Source: the human T2T-CHM13v2.0 reference genome, Homo sapiens. Taken from it: 64,000 nucleotides of DNA. This document shows, piece by piece, positions 41,423 through 55,466 of the stretch. How positions within the stretch are numbered: the stretch's first letter is position 1; the number at the start of each line of letters is the position of its first letter. Below the pieces are notes generated by a model, which was not told where the DNA came from, ran no database searches, and saw only the letters and a list, made by a program, of their open reading frames with translations. The stretch is taken from assembly GCF_009914755.1 (NCBI RefSeq), contig NC_060932.1; one strand, given 5' to 3'. The translations under genes were made by a program, and so were the position numbers.

Positions 41423-44400
41423 GTCACATAGTACAGATAGATTATGTGGAAGAACTAGGGCCAGTGCAAGGCAAAGTTGCGATTATCCTCCACTAGAAAA
41501 ATTTTACAATTAATTACCAAACTTGGGTATTGCTAACGCATCCAGCCCGCTGTTCCCAGTCAGAGGTTGGTCTCTCTCTTCAGAAGTCCCAAGACACCAG
41601 AGATTCATCATCCCTTGATACCTGACTACCAAAGCACCACATCTTGGCACTTTGTATCCCTCGTAGAGGATATTCTTCCTTCCCCCACAGCAATAGCTTC
41701 TGCAGAAGGCATTCCTTACACTTATTGTGGAGTTCCTGCAGAGGCAGGTGCTCAGTTTCTCTCACTTACACAGACTCCTAGTTCTTAAGTTGAATTTATG
41801 GTGAAAATGCAATAGTATTTAATGTTACAACCCATTTTACAGATATGAAAAATAAAGATTCAGAAAAGCTAAATAATGTGAGATAAATGCTGCGATGCTG
41901 ATGTCTTTGACCCTCAACTCGCCGTTTCTTCCCAGGCTCCTCAATTTCACACAGTGTAGACAACTGCTCCCTCTAGACACTGGTCACGACCTAGGTTCTT
42001 AGAGGCTTCTCAGTTGTTTTGAGTTTAGGGGACTCCAGCTCTGTCTGCCCCACTCTGACCTGTGCTCTGTGTCCGTGGTCATGGACCCCTCTTCCTGCCT
42101 GGAGCATGGATGTGGGTCCTTCATCCTACAGCACAAGCCCCAACGCTTCATGTCATCAGCAGGCCTTTAAATGACTGGTACTTCAGAGGAAAATGCTCCC
42201 AGAAGGAGAGCCACTGTAGTAACCGGGTCTCTGCCAGGCGTGGAGGGTAGAGAGTACAACTGTAGGTGGTGAAAGCATAGGTTTTAGCATATCACACTGC
42301 CACAGCGTGTCCTAAGTAGGAGAGCTGAGGACCAGGAAAACGGATTAGGCCACCGTCATGGCAGGGGAAGCTGAAAAGAGGGCAGATGGCACCAGTCAGA
42401 GGTGCGGTGTTGTGCCCACAGTTACCAGCCTGCAAACCTCTGCTTTTCCACAACAGGATCCTACAAGCATCTTTCAGTAAATACCAAAATTGAAATGACC
42501 ATGGTCTACCCTTGCCAGCCTTCCCCTTATATGACACCACCTGTGCTTCACAGAGGAGTAAAATAAATAAAGTTAGCTTCAGTTACTGCTGGCCCTCAGC
42601 TAACAGTCATCTAACTACTCATGGAGCTGGATTATAAAATGCTCACATGGGTGGCTGGGGAAACTGCCAACACATGAAGTCCTGAATCCCAGTTCTGGTG
42701 TAGGTATAGGGAGTGGGCAGAAAGCCACATGGGGCACGATCTCACAGCCATGCGGCAAATGCACATTCGCTCTTGGAACTCTGGTTGCACTGTTATTCTG
42801 CCTTTTTAGTCCCTTCTGTCATTATTCTTGGCATCAAGACTCAAGCTGACCTTTTTCTGATCCATCATCATCTCTGGCCTTCTAGGGCTGGGCCACAGAC
42901 ATGTTCTTTTGGACCAATCCCCGGGAATAACTCAGATTTTGTACAGAGGCTCATATGCAAAATATTAAGTTATGGCAGAATTTTTCTGCAAATATTTATT
43001 CTGCTTTGATACTGTAGTAGTTGTACTTTCCCCCCAAGCCTTTCACTTGTACCATAATTATGTAAAAATACACCATACAATTCAAGGTAGTTTTGGAAAA
43101 TTAATAAAGAGAATTAAGACAGTTACAATGAGTCTTATTATCTGTGCCAACAGTGACGTAATAGCTAGGACACTGATGCTGTATACTTCTGAACATGAAA
43201 CTAGAAACACAAACTCAGAGTAAACCTGAAGTCCTTGAATAAACAGAGAAGGAAGTCTCTAGGAAGACTGTGAGGCAGTTTGCATGTTATAAAAGGGAAT
43301 AATATGAAAAAGTTACAATGTGTCTTTGGAGAAGTTGAGTTACACAAGTCCAAATCCTGCTGATCAAGGCTATAGTATGCTCCATGTTCCAAATTTACCA
43401 TGAGAAAACTAACACCATACTGCCAACTAATTGTTTCAATACTTTCAATACTTCCTTTTACAAAACAAAAATGGAAGGATAAAAGTCAGCAGAGAACTAG
43501 CTGTTTTCATTGTGTCTTTACATCAATGTGCCTATTGAGACCAGCTGGAGCTGGCCAAGGCAGAGGAAGTGATCATTGGGTTCTGTGTCCCCTCTTATCT
43601 GTCATTAAGTGATTACATCCATGGCTCTGACTTCCCTATTGAGCAATTTAGATACTTGCCTGATATTTGACATCTATAGGTCACTAAAAGAAGTATTCCT
43701 CTTATTTCTAAATGTGAAAATGTTTATTTATACATGGGACATGGGTAGTTCTAGTATTTTAGTGACAAACTCACATAAATTGTCTGAAAGCTAATTTTGT
43801 CAAGCCATTAGCAGCACTTGAAAAAGAATGCATATCTGTCTGTGGATCTATCCAGACTACCATCTTTCTCACAGAAAACTAAATTACACAGATGGCCTTA
43901 CAGGGTGACCAGTGTTTGAGTGACAAAGGTCTTAAGGGAATGCTCTCCATGGTGGTTTTTCGAAATAACTCTCAACTCTCCAGATATTTTCATAACTAAT
44001 TTGAAAAACTAAGTGAAATGGGACATCTTCTAAACTTCTCTATGATTTAGAAGTTCTACAGAGGGAGAGGAGTAGTCAAGGAAGAAGCCAATTGATGGAA
44101 CAGATTTGAAGAAACTGGCTTCCAACTAGCTGACAATTTGATTTGGTACATCAAGTCTAGGCTCCGTGATAAAGACCCTCTGTCCATGAATTAGTAAATT
44201 TGCAGGAACCATGTTTTTACTTGCGTGTTTTTCTCTGTAAAGAGGAGACTGCCCAACTGATGTACTGTGTATTTATACTTACTGATGCAGAACAGCATGA
44301 TTCCATTGTGCTTTCTAAGGGCACGTCCAAGCCCTCACTGTGCTTTCAAATAGACCTCATGAAGAGCTCAAGCGCTGCTAGGCTTTCTTCTGCCCAGCTT

Positions 44401-45537
44401 CACCAGCATCATGGACTCTCTGGAAGCCCTTGACTCCTGGAGATGGGGAGGGTATGTGGTTTGTAGCCTCTCCACACTGGCAATCGCTGGCAGACCCTGT
44501 CATCTCTGTCTAGGGTACACCTGGTGACCTCCTATTTCCCTGGCCTTCACACCATGATGCTTCCTTGCAGAAAAAGAAAAAAATGGTGCAGATACCTGTG
44601 GCTAAGGCACAGGGGATAAAAAACAAAAGGAGTTTTGAAATTTGCCCCATTCTGTTTGGCAGTTTTGGGAAGTGCAAGTCAAGGAATTAAGACACACCTG
44701 GACAAATATATCTTTTAATTCCCACTCTAAACTATCTACTCAGCATACTATTGGTGCCAACCGATATTTTAAGTCAATATTTAAATATCTATATGTGTTA
44801 TGGTAGGAATAGGATGACACAACTATACAAGCCGATGGGAAAAGAAAACAATTTCAAATTTCAGAAACCAAAAAGAGGAATTTCAGCATCTATTTTCGAG
44901 AGGTGGCAATAAGATGCAACTTGTGGACACACATATGGCATTTACAAACAAAAACAGTGTCTTAATATACTTAATGTTATAATATCCTTTAGAGATTATC
45001 TAAGTGAGAGAGATTTTACTAGAATTATGTTTATATTAGCTAGGAGACCTAAGTGCTTGTATTAGAAACACAAGATTTGAATTACAGAAGTTTCAACAAA
45101 GGTAAGGTATTAGCTATTTTGATCTGATTCTATTTATTAATATTCATAAAATATTTAGAGAACAAAGTCTTTACTGAAAGTTCCTGAAGATGGTATGTTA
45201 AGGTAAAAAATAAATTGAAGTGCTTAAGCTATGTGCTGGTATATGCATAAAATTATGGTAAATATTTGAGATCACTAAGTAAAGGCTTCCAGGATGCCCA
45301 AACTTATTAATAACTAGAAGATTGCATGAACACATGTTTTTCAAAGTTTTGATATTTTCTTATAATATTAATCCCTTTTAAAATGTGCTAATTAAAAAAA
45401 ATAAGACATCATTATATCACTTTAGCGTGTGGCTTACAGAATCCCAAAGGTATCACATGAAGATAGCTCCTTCTTAGTGAGTACAATGTTAATAAATATG
45501 ATATGTCAGTTTCACTGTGCGTGGAGTTCCTTCTTTC

Positions 45538-45627
45538 TCACCATGAATGCCTTCTTTACCACATGATATTAAATATATTTGTCACCATGAATGCCTTCTT
45601 TACCACATGATATTAAATATATTTGTC
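45538..45627. repeat. Perfect 44-bp tandem duplication
   Basis: 45538-45581 is identical to 45582-45625. Confidence 0.97.
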
Positions 45628-45720
45628 TTTATTCACACTCTCAACCTTAGGGTGAGGAAAAGAAAGTCTCACTTAATGAAAGCCAGAAAGAATTGAAAAT
45701 AAACTTTTAAACAAAATGAG

Positions 45721-45822
45721 CTTATTTAAAACTGTTCAACACTGAGTCTCTAAAGGTAATGGATTAATCCATTAACTAATCCATTACCTTAGTGACTCAG
45801 TGTTGAACAGTTTTAATATAAG
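45721..45822. repeat. Long inverted repeat, ~46-bp arms with a 10-nt spacer
   Basis: 23-bp (45726-45748 / 45794-45816) and 14-bp (45753-45766 / 45777-45790) perfectly complementary blocks. Confidence 0.95.
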
Positions 45823-48800
45823 GATAATTAAAAGATAATAGCATATATTACATTTGATCTAATGATATCAATACTTGTAAATTTCTTTGCTTTTTTAAAA
45901 GTATACAATAAATACTATCTCGTACAAGATCCGTCTTTTATTAAGTTATGTTTTATGCAATAGTAAGAGGTATTTCAATGCATTCTATGTCCCTACCGCT
46001 GACATTGTACACAAAAGGTTATGTCCAAATGCACAGCTTTATTTATGGTTCAGTTAATTTAAGAGAACATAGAATTTTACAAATTTGTATCATAACCAGT
46101 GCAAACCTTCATATACCACACAGGGCAATGCATTAGTGTTTGCTGACAATGCCAAATTATATTGTACAATTTTATCATTAAAATATTACACATATTTAAA
46201 ATGGCATATAACAAAGTATGAAGATAAAAGACTAAAGGCTGAATTAATGTGTAAGCTAATTATCATTCAGAACATTAAAAAAACTCAGCACACATCTAAT
46301 ATAAATATCATTTTTTTTTGGAACAGCAACTCAGAACTACTCTTAAGAATGAGCCTTTGATTTACTGCTGAACTTATTTCTCAATTTTCAACGGGCTTGC
46401 TCATCATTTTTGCAAACATAATTTGTCACTGGCAACAGTGTTCTTTGTAACTCCTGTTTCCTTTCTTTTAGATCTATTATTCCTGCTGAGAGAATCTACT
46501 AAAGAAGAATTTTTCATAGTGACAGCAACTCTAGGCTTGCTGTGAATAATCACAATGTCATAAAAATCATTCTTTTTATTGCAAACTTGCTGCCAGAAGC
46601 ATGGAAAAATATTCAGACCGAGAGAACTTTCATCCTTTTCTGCAACGGCTTTCTTTTAACTTTCATGGCCATTTGCAGAAAGTGAATCGCATACCAATTT
46701 ATTCACAAAGCATTTAACTAGAGCTTTCATTTGCACAAAAATATTTGTTTCGCTCATATAAAACAATGAACTATAAGCTCCAATATTAAATAGGTCATAC
46801 ATTATTTTTTTTTCTGGAGCAATTTCCCACTCCTCCTAAAATCATTTGCAACAAATATTAGTTTCTGTTTAATGCCATTACATGTCTATAGATTCATCTT
46901 TAACTACAAACTATATGTCAATGCATTTTGTAAAGAAATATTTTCTTGTAGTTAACCTTTTTAAATGTCTTTTTCTTTTGCAGGGGTGAGAGTGGGGTTG
47001 AAATTTTGAAGTTTAAAAGAGGCTAATTTATGAACTTCAGTTAACTTATACTGCTAGATAATTTTCTAATAGTAAGAAACACTCAATTTTGCATAAAAGA
47101 ACATACAGCTCAGAATAAATCAGGCCCAATCATATCCTTAGTTAATAAGTTAATAAAGATTTTTCCAAGCTGATTTTCTCTGCCATGTAATTATTACTGA
47201 CTCCAGAAAGAAAAATATGCAGAACCGGACATAGGCACTTTTTAAAAAGCAGTTCCCTGTGAGCTGCAGGAAGGGTTCCATCATCACCTCCCTCACTGTC
47301 AGACCCTGGCGGCGAGGAGAGGACCTTGGAGGGGCACTTTCCTACTCAAAAAATTCTCTCCTCTAAGTATCCGTGGGTCTGAAATTCCACCACACAAAAT
47401 CATCCCTTCTGAATCTTCTTTTGTAAGACAAAGACTTCAGGTAAGAGTGAACTATTTAAGCTCCATTGCCTTGGTGTGAACTGCACTATGAGATAAATTT
47501 CTTCCAGCATGGGGAGCCCTGGTGTGCCTGCCCCCAAATCATTGGGTGTTAAAAGGGGAAATGGAGTTGGCTGCCCGAAAGGAAAAAAAAAAGGGAAAGT
47601 TTTGTCTATACTCATAATTTCACTCCCTATAAAAACATCCCTCTTCTCAAGAAGTATAATTTAGAGCTATAAATAATCATGCTTTGGTTGTTTATATGTT
47701 ATTCAGGAAAATATTATGTATCATTAGAATAGCATGAGTATTATGTGTGTTATATATTAAACTGTAGCAGTGTCACTAGAAAATACATAACCACATGTTC
47801 TCGATTCTTTCATTCATTTTCTCATGCATTCAACTAATAAGGACTGAACACCTATGTCTATTCCAGGCACCACACACACAAAAATAAATGAGATGCAGAT
47901 CTTGCCTTTACGGTTTTAAACATGGGGACTGGCTAGAGAGAAAGGGTACAGTGACTGTCACTATGATTTTCTGTCAGGGAAGGTACTAGATTCTTGTAAA
48001 GCCCTTCCTCTTCCAACCCACCCTGGGCAGCACGTTCAGATACATTTTTCTGAAAGTAGGTTTTGCTGTTCCAGGCAAGGCAGTCTCCAACAAAGAGCAA
48101 AAGCATCTAGCGGGAGGGGAGACAGGGAATATGTTTTACTTCTGTTTTAGTCCATCTCCCTCAATAGATGTATTAGAAAAATTAAATTGGAAACACTTAA
48201 TATATTTCTATGCAATTGAGCATTCAAGGGCCTCTATAATGAGCCCTAACCTTACCAATGTGCCCATCCCTCACATTCTATCATGAACAGCCTGCCTCCC
48301 TGCACCAGACAATAGCTGTGTCTACTGCTTGCTGGAATGCCTTCTCTCTCCCTCAAGGCAGTGCTCCTCCATTAAGTTTTTATTGGTTTCTTTCCCTTCT
48401 CCATCCCTGACATACTCTCTGCAACCCACAGTCTCAATAATAACTACCATTATTGACAGACTACAGTCTTTGTGTCATGTGTATTTCACGTTCTTTCCAA
48501 TTCTCCTGAAAACTCTGCATTTGATGAATAAGCAAAGACTTACACAGACAACTTCTGTGTACACTACCAGATAAGAAACTCTTTGAAGAAAAGACCATCT
48601 TTCACGTGTCTTTTTTTCCTACTTATTTTCTAACGCTGGACCAAACACATAGATATCATGGACTGAAACCTTCTAGGTTATCTGATTGACAGGATTTGAT
48701 TATGAAAGAATTGATGACCCAATCAGTTAATAGATAATGTTAGTGCATTTTGTCATTGAAGTTAGTTTTGTGGAAATAAATAATTTTGATTATAAAATGA

Positions 48801-51800
48801 CACATACTCATGTAGAAAATTTGTGCAGTACTAAAAAACGTATAAAAGAATTCATCTCCAATTCCATCCCTCAGAAGTAACCACTGTAACATTCTTCTAG
48901 TCCAAGCTGTTTCCTACCAATTGAAAAGGATGATATCTTGGACAGAAGAGTTCCCTTTAACTTTCTGACAAAATACCAATTCCAGAAGTTAATTCTTAGT
49001 TGATTATTTCTGAAGAGGCAAAAGATTATAAAATAATGTTGATCAAAAGCAACATGCTCTCCCCATACCCCGACCGTCCACCTGCCTTACAAAGGAGTAG
49101 CACACAATTAGCAGTGAGAAGGATCCAGCATTTAGAAAGCCTTTCTTTAGAAATGCTGCTAGAATACTGAACTGAGCCCAAATAGAGGCCCTATTGTAGC
49201 TGCACTGAAATGGGAGAAGTCTCCAGGGACTGCAACTTAAACACATTTTGGGGAAGTTGAAGTTACAGGCATACAGGCCTTCTCTTGCACTATTCAACCT
49301 TAAAAAATAAAAAAAAAAGGTCTAAGGGCACCTTGAATTCCTTTCTCTACTAAGCAAACTTCCTATGAAGGTAACTGAGGAAAATCTGGCTCTACAAAGC
49401 AGTGACTCTCTCCCAGATTGAAGATTAGCAAGCACCTGTCAAAATCCAAGATCTAAACCAAAAGCCTGTCATAGGTGACACTGACAGGTCCATTTCACAC
49501 GACTTTAAAATAAACTGAAGCAATCCAGCAGACTGTGTGAGTGCTGAAGTGGTATTTCCATTCAACAAGAAAGGAAGACACTCTGTTATTCGCTGAGGCA
49601 CCACTATGCTGCAGGCACCGGCCAGGAGCTCCAGATTCTGTTGTCTCCCTTAACTCCACACCTACCTGTCACCCTCTCTGAAGCCAGTCAGGGTTGACTG
49701 TGTGGAGGCCATACATTAGCAGGAAGCTAGGACTGAACCCAGGTCTCTCCACCTCTGAAGTGTTTACTGTCCCTTCAGACCACACTGTTCCTGGTAGCTT
49801 CACCCAACAGAATAGAGAAACTATGGCGAAACTAGGAAAGCAGTTTCATGAACAGGTTAATTAACAGCCTGTTGGAATAACTGCTGCTCCAAATGGCCAC
49901 AGTTGCCTCACATAAATCATTTAATTTTCTGAATCTGGAATTTTCAATACATATTTGGATTCTGTGTTTCTAAACTAAGACATAACTCTTCTTTTTCATT
50001 CAATATATTCTTCCTGGGAAATCTTAACTGATGTCAGAAATGATGGCTTCCAGCTTCTGTTTTCTGAGCTGCAGATCTGTGCATACACCTGCTCACTGGA
50101 CTCCACTTGTGTGTCCAACACACACTTCAGGTTCAATATCTCAAATCTGAATTCAGCATCTTCCTTCCAGAGCCAGACCATTCTCCTGGGTTTTCTATCT
50201 CTACCTTATTGCTCAAGCCAGAAACTAAGAGACTGGCTCACTGAATAGTTACACTGAATAGATCTGCAAATCCTACCCAGACTACTTTCTCAGTAGCTTT
50301 CACATCAGCCCCTGTTCTCTGTCTCCACAAACAAATGCCACTGATTTCTCATCATTATTGACCCCTTTGACTTTACAATACAACTCATCTCCTTGGTAGT
50401 GCTATAAGTTCTTTACTGGTTACCCTCGGCATCCATTGTAAAATCCAATTCCCTTAGCAGAGTGTGCAAAACCTTTGATGACATGGCTTCTGTCTTTCTT
50501 TCCATTTTCTCATCTCACAAGCACTCTCTGTGTGTTCTGTGCTTTATACCTACACAGGCTCTGTTCCTAAATGTCATGCTTTCTCAAGCTCAATGTTTCT
50601 TCCTGGGGAAGTCACTGCTCCAACACTCTGCCTTGCCACCTCTCCCCAATCTGGGATAGCCATCCCATCTCTCAGACTCTAGCTAATGACCACAGACATC
50701 TCCATCATTGCTGTGATGGAATTATTCTTTCACTTTTCTGTCTCTACCCAGTATCTGGGCTCCTTGACAGCAAAGAATGTGTTTCATATTTTATCCTCAG
50801 TGCCTAGCTAGTGTCCAGAATAGAGTGAGCATGAGGACATTCAGCGCAAAGTAGCTCTTTTTAGTCTGTGGTGTAGGGACTGCTCCAATATTATTTTATC
50901 GTTGTTCATTACAACAACATGTCTTTCTGTCCACTCTCTATCTATTGACCTACCTCTCAACATTTCCAAAATAGATTTTAAGTTGCCTGGGCAACTATGG
51001 CTTGCAGGTTTGTAAGACACAGTGAGAAAGAAAGCTTTCAAAGAATACAGTCAAGAAAGCCCCATCCAGTTATTAGGCCCCGCTCCATAGCATCCTTGTG
51101 TGACAGCAGCAAGGTGTTATTGACTTCCTTTCCTTTGCTAAAAAGGAATAGCCAGGTTCTCTGACTTGGCTAGAAAGGTTTTGTGCAATGATGTTTGCAA
51201 AAGAAAACCTGAGTTTCAACCTCAGCTTTACCATCACCTAACCAAGTGGCTTTGGGCAACAACCACCTCCCTTCAATTTCCCACATGTGTAAACTGCAGA
51301 TAATAAGATTGAATTCACAGTGTTGATGGAGTCAGTGCTTTTGTACTGACATGAGAAAAGTTTCCCAAAGGACTGCTGCCCCCTGCCTCCTACTTCACTA
51401 AGGACGCCCAGCAGCCTGCACTGTCAGTCCAAGCGGCCTGAGAAGGGGAGGCTCTGCTCCACAGTGACTTCACACCCAGCCAGGCTCCGCTGCATGCCGT
51501 GACACCACCAGCAAGTTCCATGAGCCATCCTTCAAAACATGAGGTAGGAAGACAACGAGTAAAAGGACATTTATCAGCACAACCAAGGAAACGTGTCTTT
51601 TTACACGAAGCCAGCATCCTCATTTTCTATGAGGGACAGCACACTGTGACGGGAACCAGATACAGTAGCTACTTAACTGCCAACAGCACACCTCCCGGCA
51701 TGCAACTGGGGGTGGGAGGAGCCCATGAATAAGGATGGACCCAAAGAAGTATTCTGTGATCTACCTGGAGCAGGGGCATTTGCCACTGACAGATGTTTTT

Positions 51801-52414
51801 TCTTTTTTCTTTTCTTTTTTTTTTTTGGTGTGTCTGGTGTGATTTCTGTTGGAATTCTACAAGAGAATTTGGCAGCAAACCACTTATTTTCTCATGCCCT
51901 TCATTCCCTCGTCCCTCCTTAAGTCACTTTCCCTTCGTCCCCTACAGCCTTACAGGGCTTGACCCAGCATTCTGCATGTAGAAGACACTCAATGGACAAT
52001 AACAGCAGCATAGACTTCCTTAGTGCTTCCTGCGAGCCAGTGCTAGTTGTATGCACTTAACAGATTTTAACTCACGCAATTCTCACACTGACCCGATGAG
52101 GTATATCATCATCCAGTTTTACAGATGGGAAATTGAGGCATAAAGGGGGCCCTCACGAATGAATGAATTCACCAGTTCCACCTCTGGTGTCTCTAGAACT
52201 GCAAGCTAACAAACCACATAAACAACACTGGGCTTTGAGTCAGGCTGGAATAAGAGAGCCATGATTACATTCAGCATTTTCCTAATTATAAGAAACATTA
52301 CATATAGAAAGTAAAAACAGAAAATTTCTCTTATCCTACTATCTAGAGATAAATCAGTGTTTATTGTTGAAATTATTTCTGTATCATTTTAAATATAGAA
52401 AGCCTTTGTTTTCT

Positions 52415-52718
52415 GCCGGGTGCGGTGGCTCATGCCTGTAATCCCAGCACTTTGGGAGGCCAAGGCGGGCAGATCACGAGGTCAGGAGATCGAGACCATC
52501 CTGGCTAACACAGTGAAACCCCGTCTCTACTAAAAATACAAAAAATTAGTTGGGCGTGGTGGTGGGCGCCTGTATTCCCAGCTACTCAGGAGGCTGAGGC
52601 AGGAGAATGGCATGAACCTGGGAGGCAGAGCTTGCAGTGAGCCGAGATTGTGCCACTGCACTCCATCCTGGGCGACAGAGTGAGACTCCGTCTCAAAAAA
52701 AAAAAAAAAAGAAAAAAA
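52415..52718 (+). mobile_element. Alu, AluY-like
   Basis: AluY diagnostics; 18-bp TSD agaaagcctttgttttct (52397-52414 / 52719-52736). Confidence 0.95.
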
Positions 52719-53179
52719 AGAAAGCCTTTGTTTTCTTTTGATATACATACCTTTGTTTTTTAATCCCCAAACTGGAACCACGCTGCATATCATTTTATAA
52801 CATACCTCTTCTATGTATATTGTGTCTTGACATTAAGGATTTTGAAAATCTGACTTAACGTAATATGAAAGTCTAATATCTTGGGTGTTTTAATTGTTAA
52901 GATTGAGATTAATCTTCATTTACTTTTAAAAGTTAACTTTTCTAAATAATAAAGGTAATGCTCATCATTGACTACTATTAGAAAAATTTGAAAATAAGTA
53001 ATTAAAGAAAACATATGAGAGCCTTCCATGTACCAAATCTTGTGTCAGGAGCTCAGGATTTAAGTGGACAAATCCTGATTCCTGGCCTCAAGGGATTTCC
53101 CAGTGGGGGGTAGACCGAGGTATGCAGAAAATCTTAATAAAGTGCAGTAAATATTTTTATAGCAAGAACCAGCTCCTTT

Positions 53180-54890
53180 GATCATGACCAAATCCCCACT
53201 CCTGGACTGCACTGTACCTGCAGACTCTACCTGCCTTCTTATCTAAGACCCACCATGTAACCTGTGCTCCGGATTTCATTCTGTCTTGCTATCCAAGGAC
53301 TTCTTTCCTGTAGTCATTCTCCTTGCCATACCACATGTATTTTCCTTCCTATGGAATCATTCCTGCTGACATCCAGACATGCCTAAATATCTTTTATTTA
53401 AAAATGAAACCACCTTCCCTTGATTCCATGATGCCTTCCACACACCATAGCCCATCTCTTTGTGTCTGTCTCTGTGGGAATTCTTGATCCTTTCTGTCTT
53501 CACTGTCAGCCCTCATCCTCTTCTCAACCCATTCCCATCTGGCTGATGTCTTCCACTTCATTGACATGGTGCTTATCAGGGTCATTAACAGCCAACATTC
53601 TTGCCCAATCTAACAGTCGCTCACTTCTCTGTCCTCATCTTACTTGACTTTGGCCACATTTGACACAGGAGTATACCACTCCCTCCTTCTTGAAACACTA
53701 TTCTCCAGGTTTCTGTGATAGCTCATACTTTTCCACCTATCTTGTGGAATTCTCTCTACCATACAATTCTCTCTTCAAAGCTCTTCTTCTTGGCCCTATT
53801 TCTAATTGTTGGTACCAAAATGCTCAATCTTAGGCCCCCTTCTCAATTTTTCATTCCTTCCCCTGTGCCATCTAGTTTTATGGCGTCGGGACTCCCAAAA
53901 CTATACCTTCAAATTTGCCTCTCTCTTCTGAGATCCAAACCTGTATGTCTACCTGCTTATATGTCATCTCTTGACTTGGATGTTGAATATGTATTTCATA
54001 CTTAATACACTCAATACAGAATGCTTGAATCCAACTCCTCCCCAGCCACCCCCCAAACACACTCTTCTTCAGAAGTGTGATCACTTTTCCAGTACTCAAG
54101 GCAAAACCTAGTGCTCATCCTTGATTCTGCTTTCCCTCCCCACCTACGTCTGATCCATTAGCAAATTCTGCCCATATTTCCATAAAAGGATACTGTAAGT
54201 CCTGTGACTTCTCACCACATCCAGACTGCTATATCCTCAGCCCTAAGCTAATGTCCTCCTAGGCTGGCTGAGACAGTCTCTTAATTGGTCTCATTGGTTT
54301 CACTCTTGCCCCGATTCCATTTGATAACCAGACTGATGTTTTAAAAGTGTAAACACTATTCTATCATGTCCATGCTTAAAACTCTCCAATGGCTTCGCAC
54401 TGCAATTAGAAAAAAAAATATTCTTTACCATGGTCTACAAGACCCTTCATCATCTGGACCCTGCCGCTCTTCCCTAGTTACTCTGTCTCAGCCACACTGG
54501 GCATCTTTCACTTCCTGAAGGAGTGAAACTCATTCCTACTATTGTCCTCCCAAAATGACTTCCTACCATATCCTTGCAGTTGCTTCCCTCCCAGCTTCTC
54601 CCTTCTTGACAAATGTTACCTCCTCAGAGACATCTCTTCCTGATCATCTCAGCTAACAATGCCCCACTCCAATTCATCCCTTAGCCAATACTGCTTGATT
54701 TGCTTCATAGCACTTATCTCTGCCTGCAAGTGTTTTGTTTACATACTGTTTATTCCTACTTCTCTTCCACAGCACTAACTCCATAAGGAGAATGTCCTTA
54801 ATAAAGTCATTGCTGTATCCCCAGTAGTTAGAACTGTGCCTAGGTACTTAATGGTTATTCAATAAATAGGTATTGAATATTGAATGACGG
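53180..54890 (+). mobile_element. Long L2 remnant including degenerate RT sequence and 3' end
   Basis: ctcatcttacttgac...catttgacaca...ccactccctccttcttgaaacac (eroded L2 RT motif); 3' tcaataaata...tgaatga. Bounds approximate. Confidence 0.8.
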
Positions 54891-55176
54891 AAAGAAATGA
54901 CAAAGTCTAAAAAGACTACTGGATGCGATAGCATGTCGGTTCTGAAACATCACAGAAATATAGCATTTATAGCCCCAACACCCAGAAATAACCACTGGCA
55001 ACTTGTAAATATTACCTTTAATATGTCATAGACATTAAATCAGGATTATATACTATCATTCATTTTGTAGACTGATCACTTTTAAACTTGAAAATATATC
55101 GTGGTGGCTTTTAAAAAATGTATTCCCTTCCAGTTTTTCTTTAGTATGCCATACGTGTTGAATACAAATTTTACTC

Positions 55177-55466
55177 TTTATTTTATTTTTTTGAAATAGT
55201 CTCACTCTGTCACTCAGGCTGGAGTGCAGTGGCACAATCTTGGCTCACTGCAACCTCCACCTCCGGGTTTGATTCTCCTGCCTCAGCATCCCGAGTAGCT
55301 GGGATTACAGGTACACGCCATCACGCCCAGCTAATTTTTGTATTTTTAGTAGAGATGGGGTTTCACCGTGTTGGTCAGACGGGTTTCAAACTCCCGATCC
55401 CAAGTGATCTGCCTGCCCCAGACTCCCTAAGTGCTGAGATTAAGGCATGAGCCACAGCACCTGGCC
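55177..55466 (-). mobile_element. Alu, AluS-like
   Basis: Antisense Alu; flanking aattttac. Confidence 0.92.

Noticed and set aside
41016-41427. ORFs in the LTR
   Set aside because: LTR sequence with no gag, pol or env similarity.
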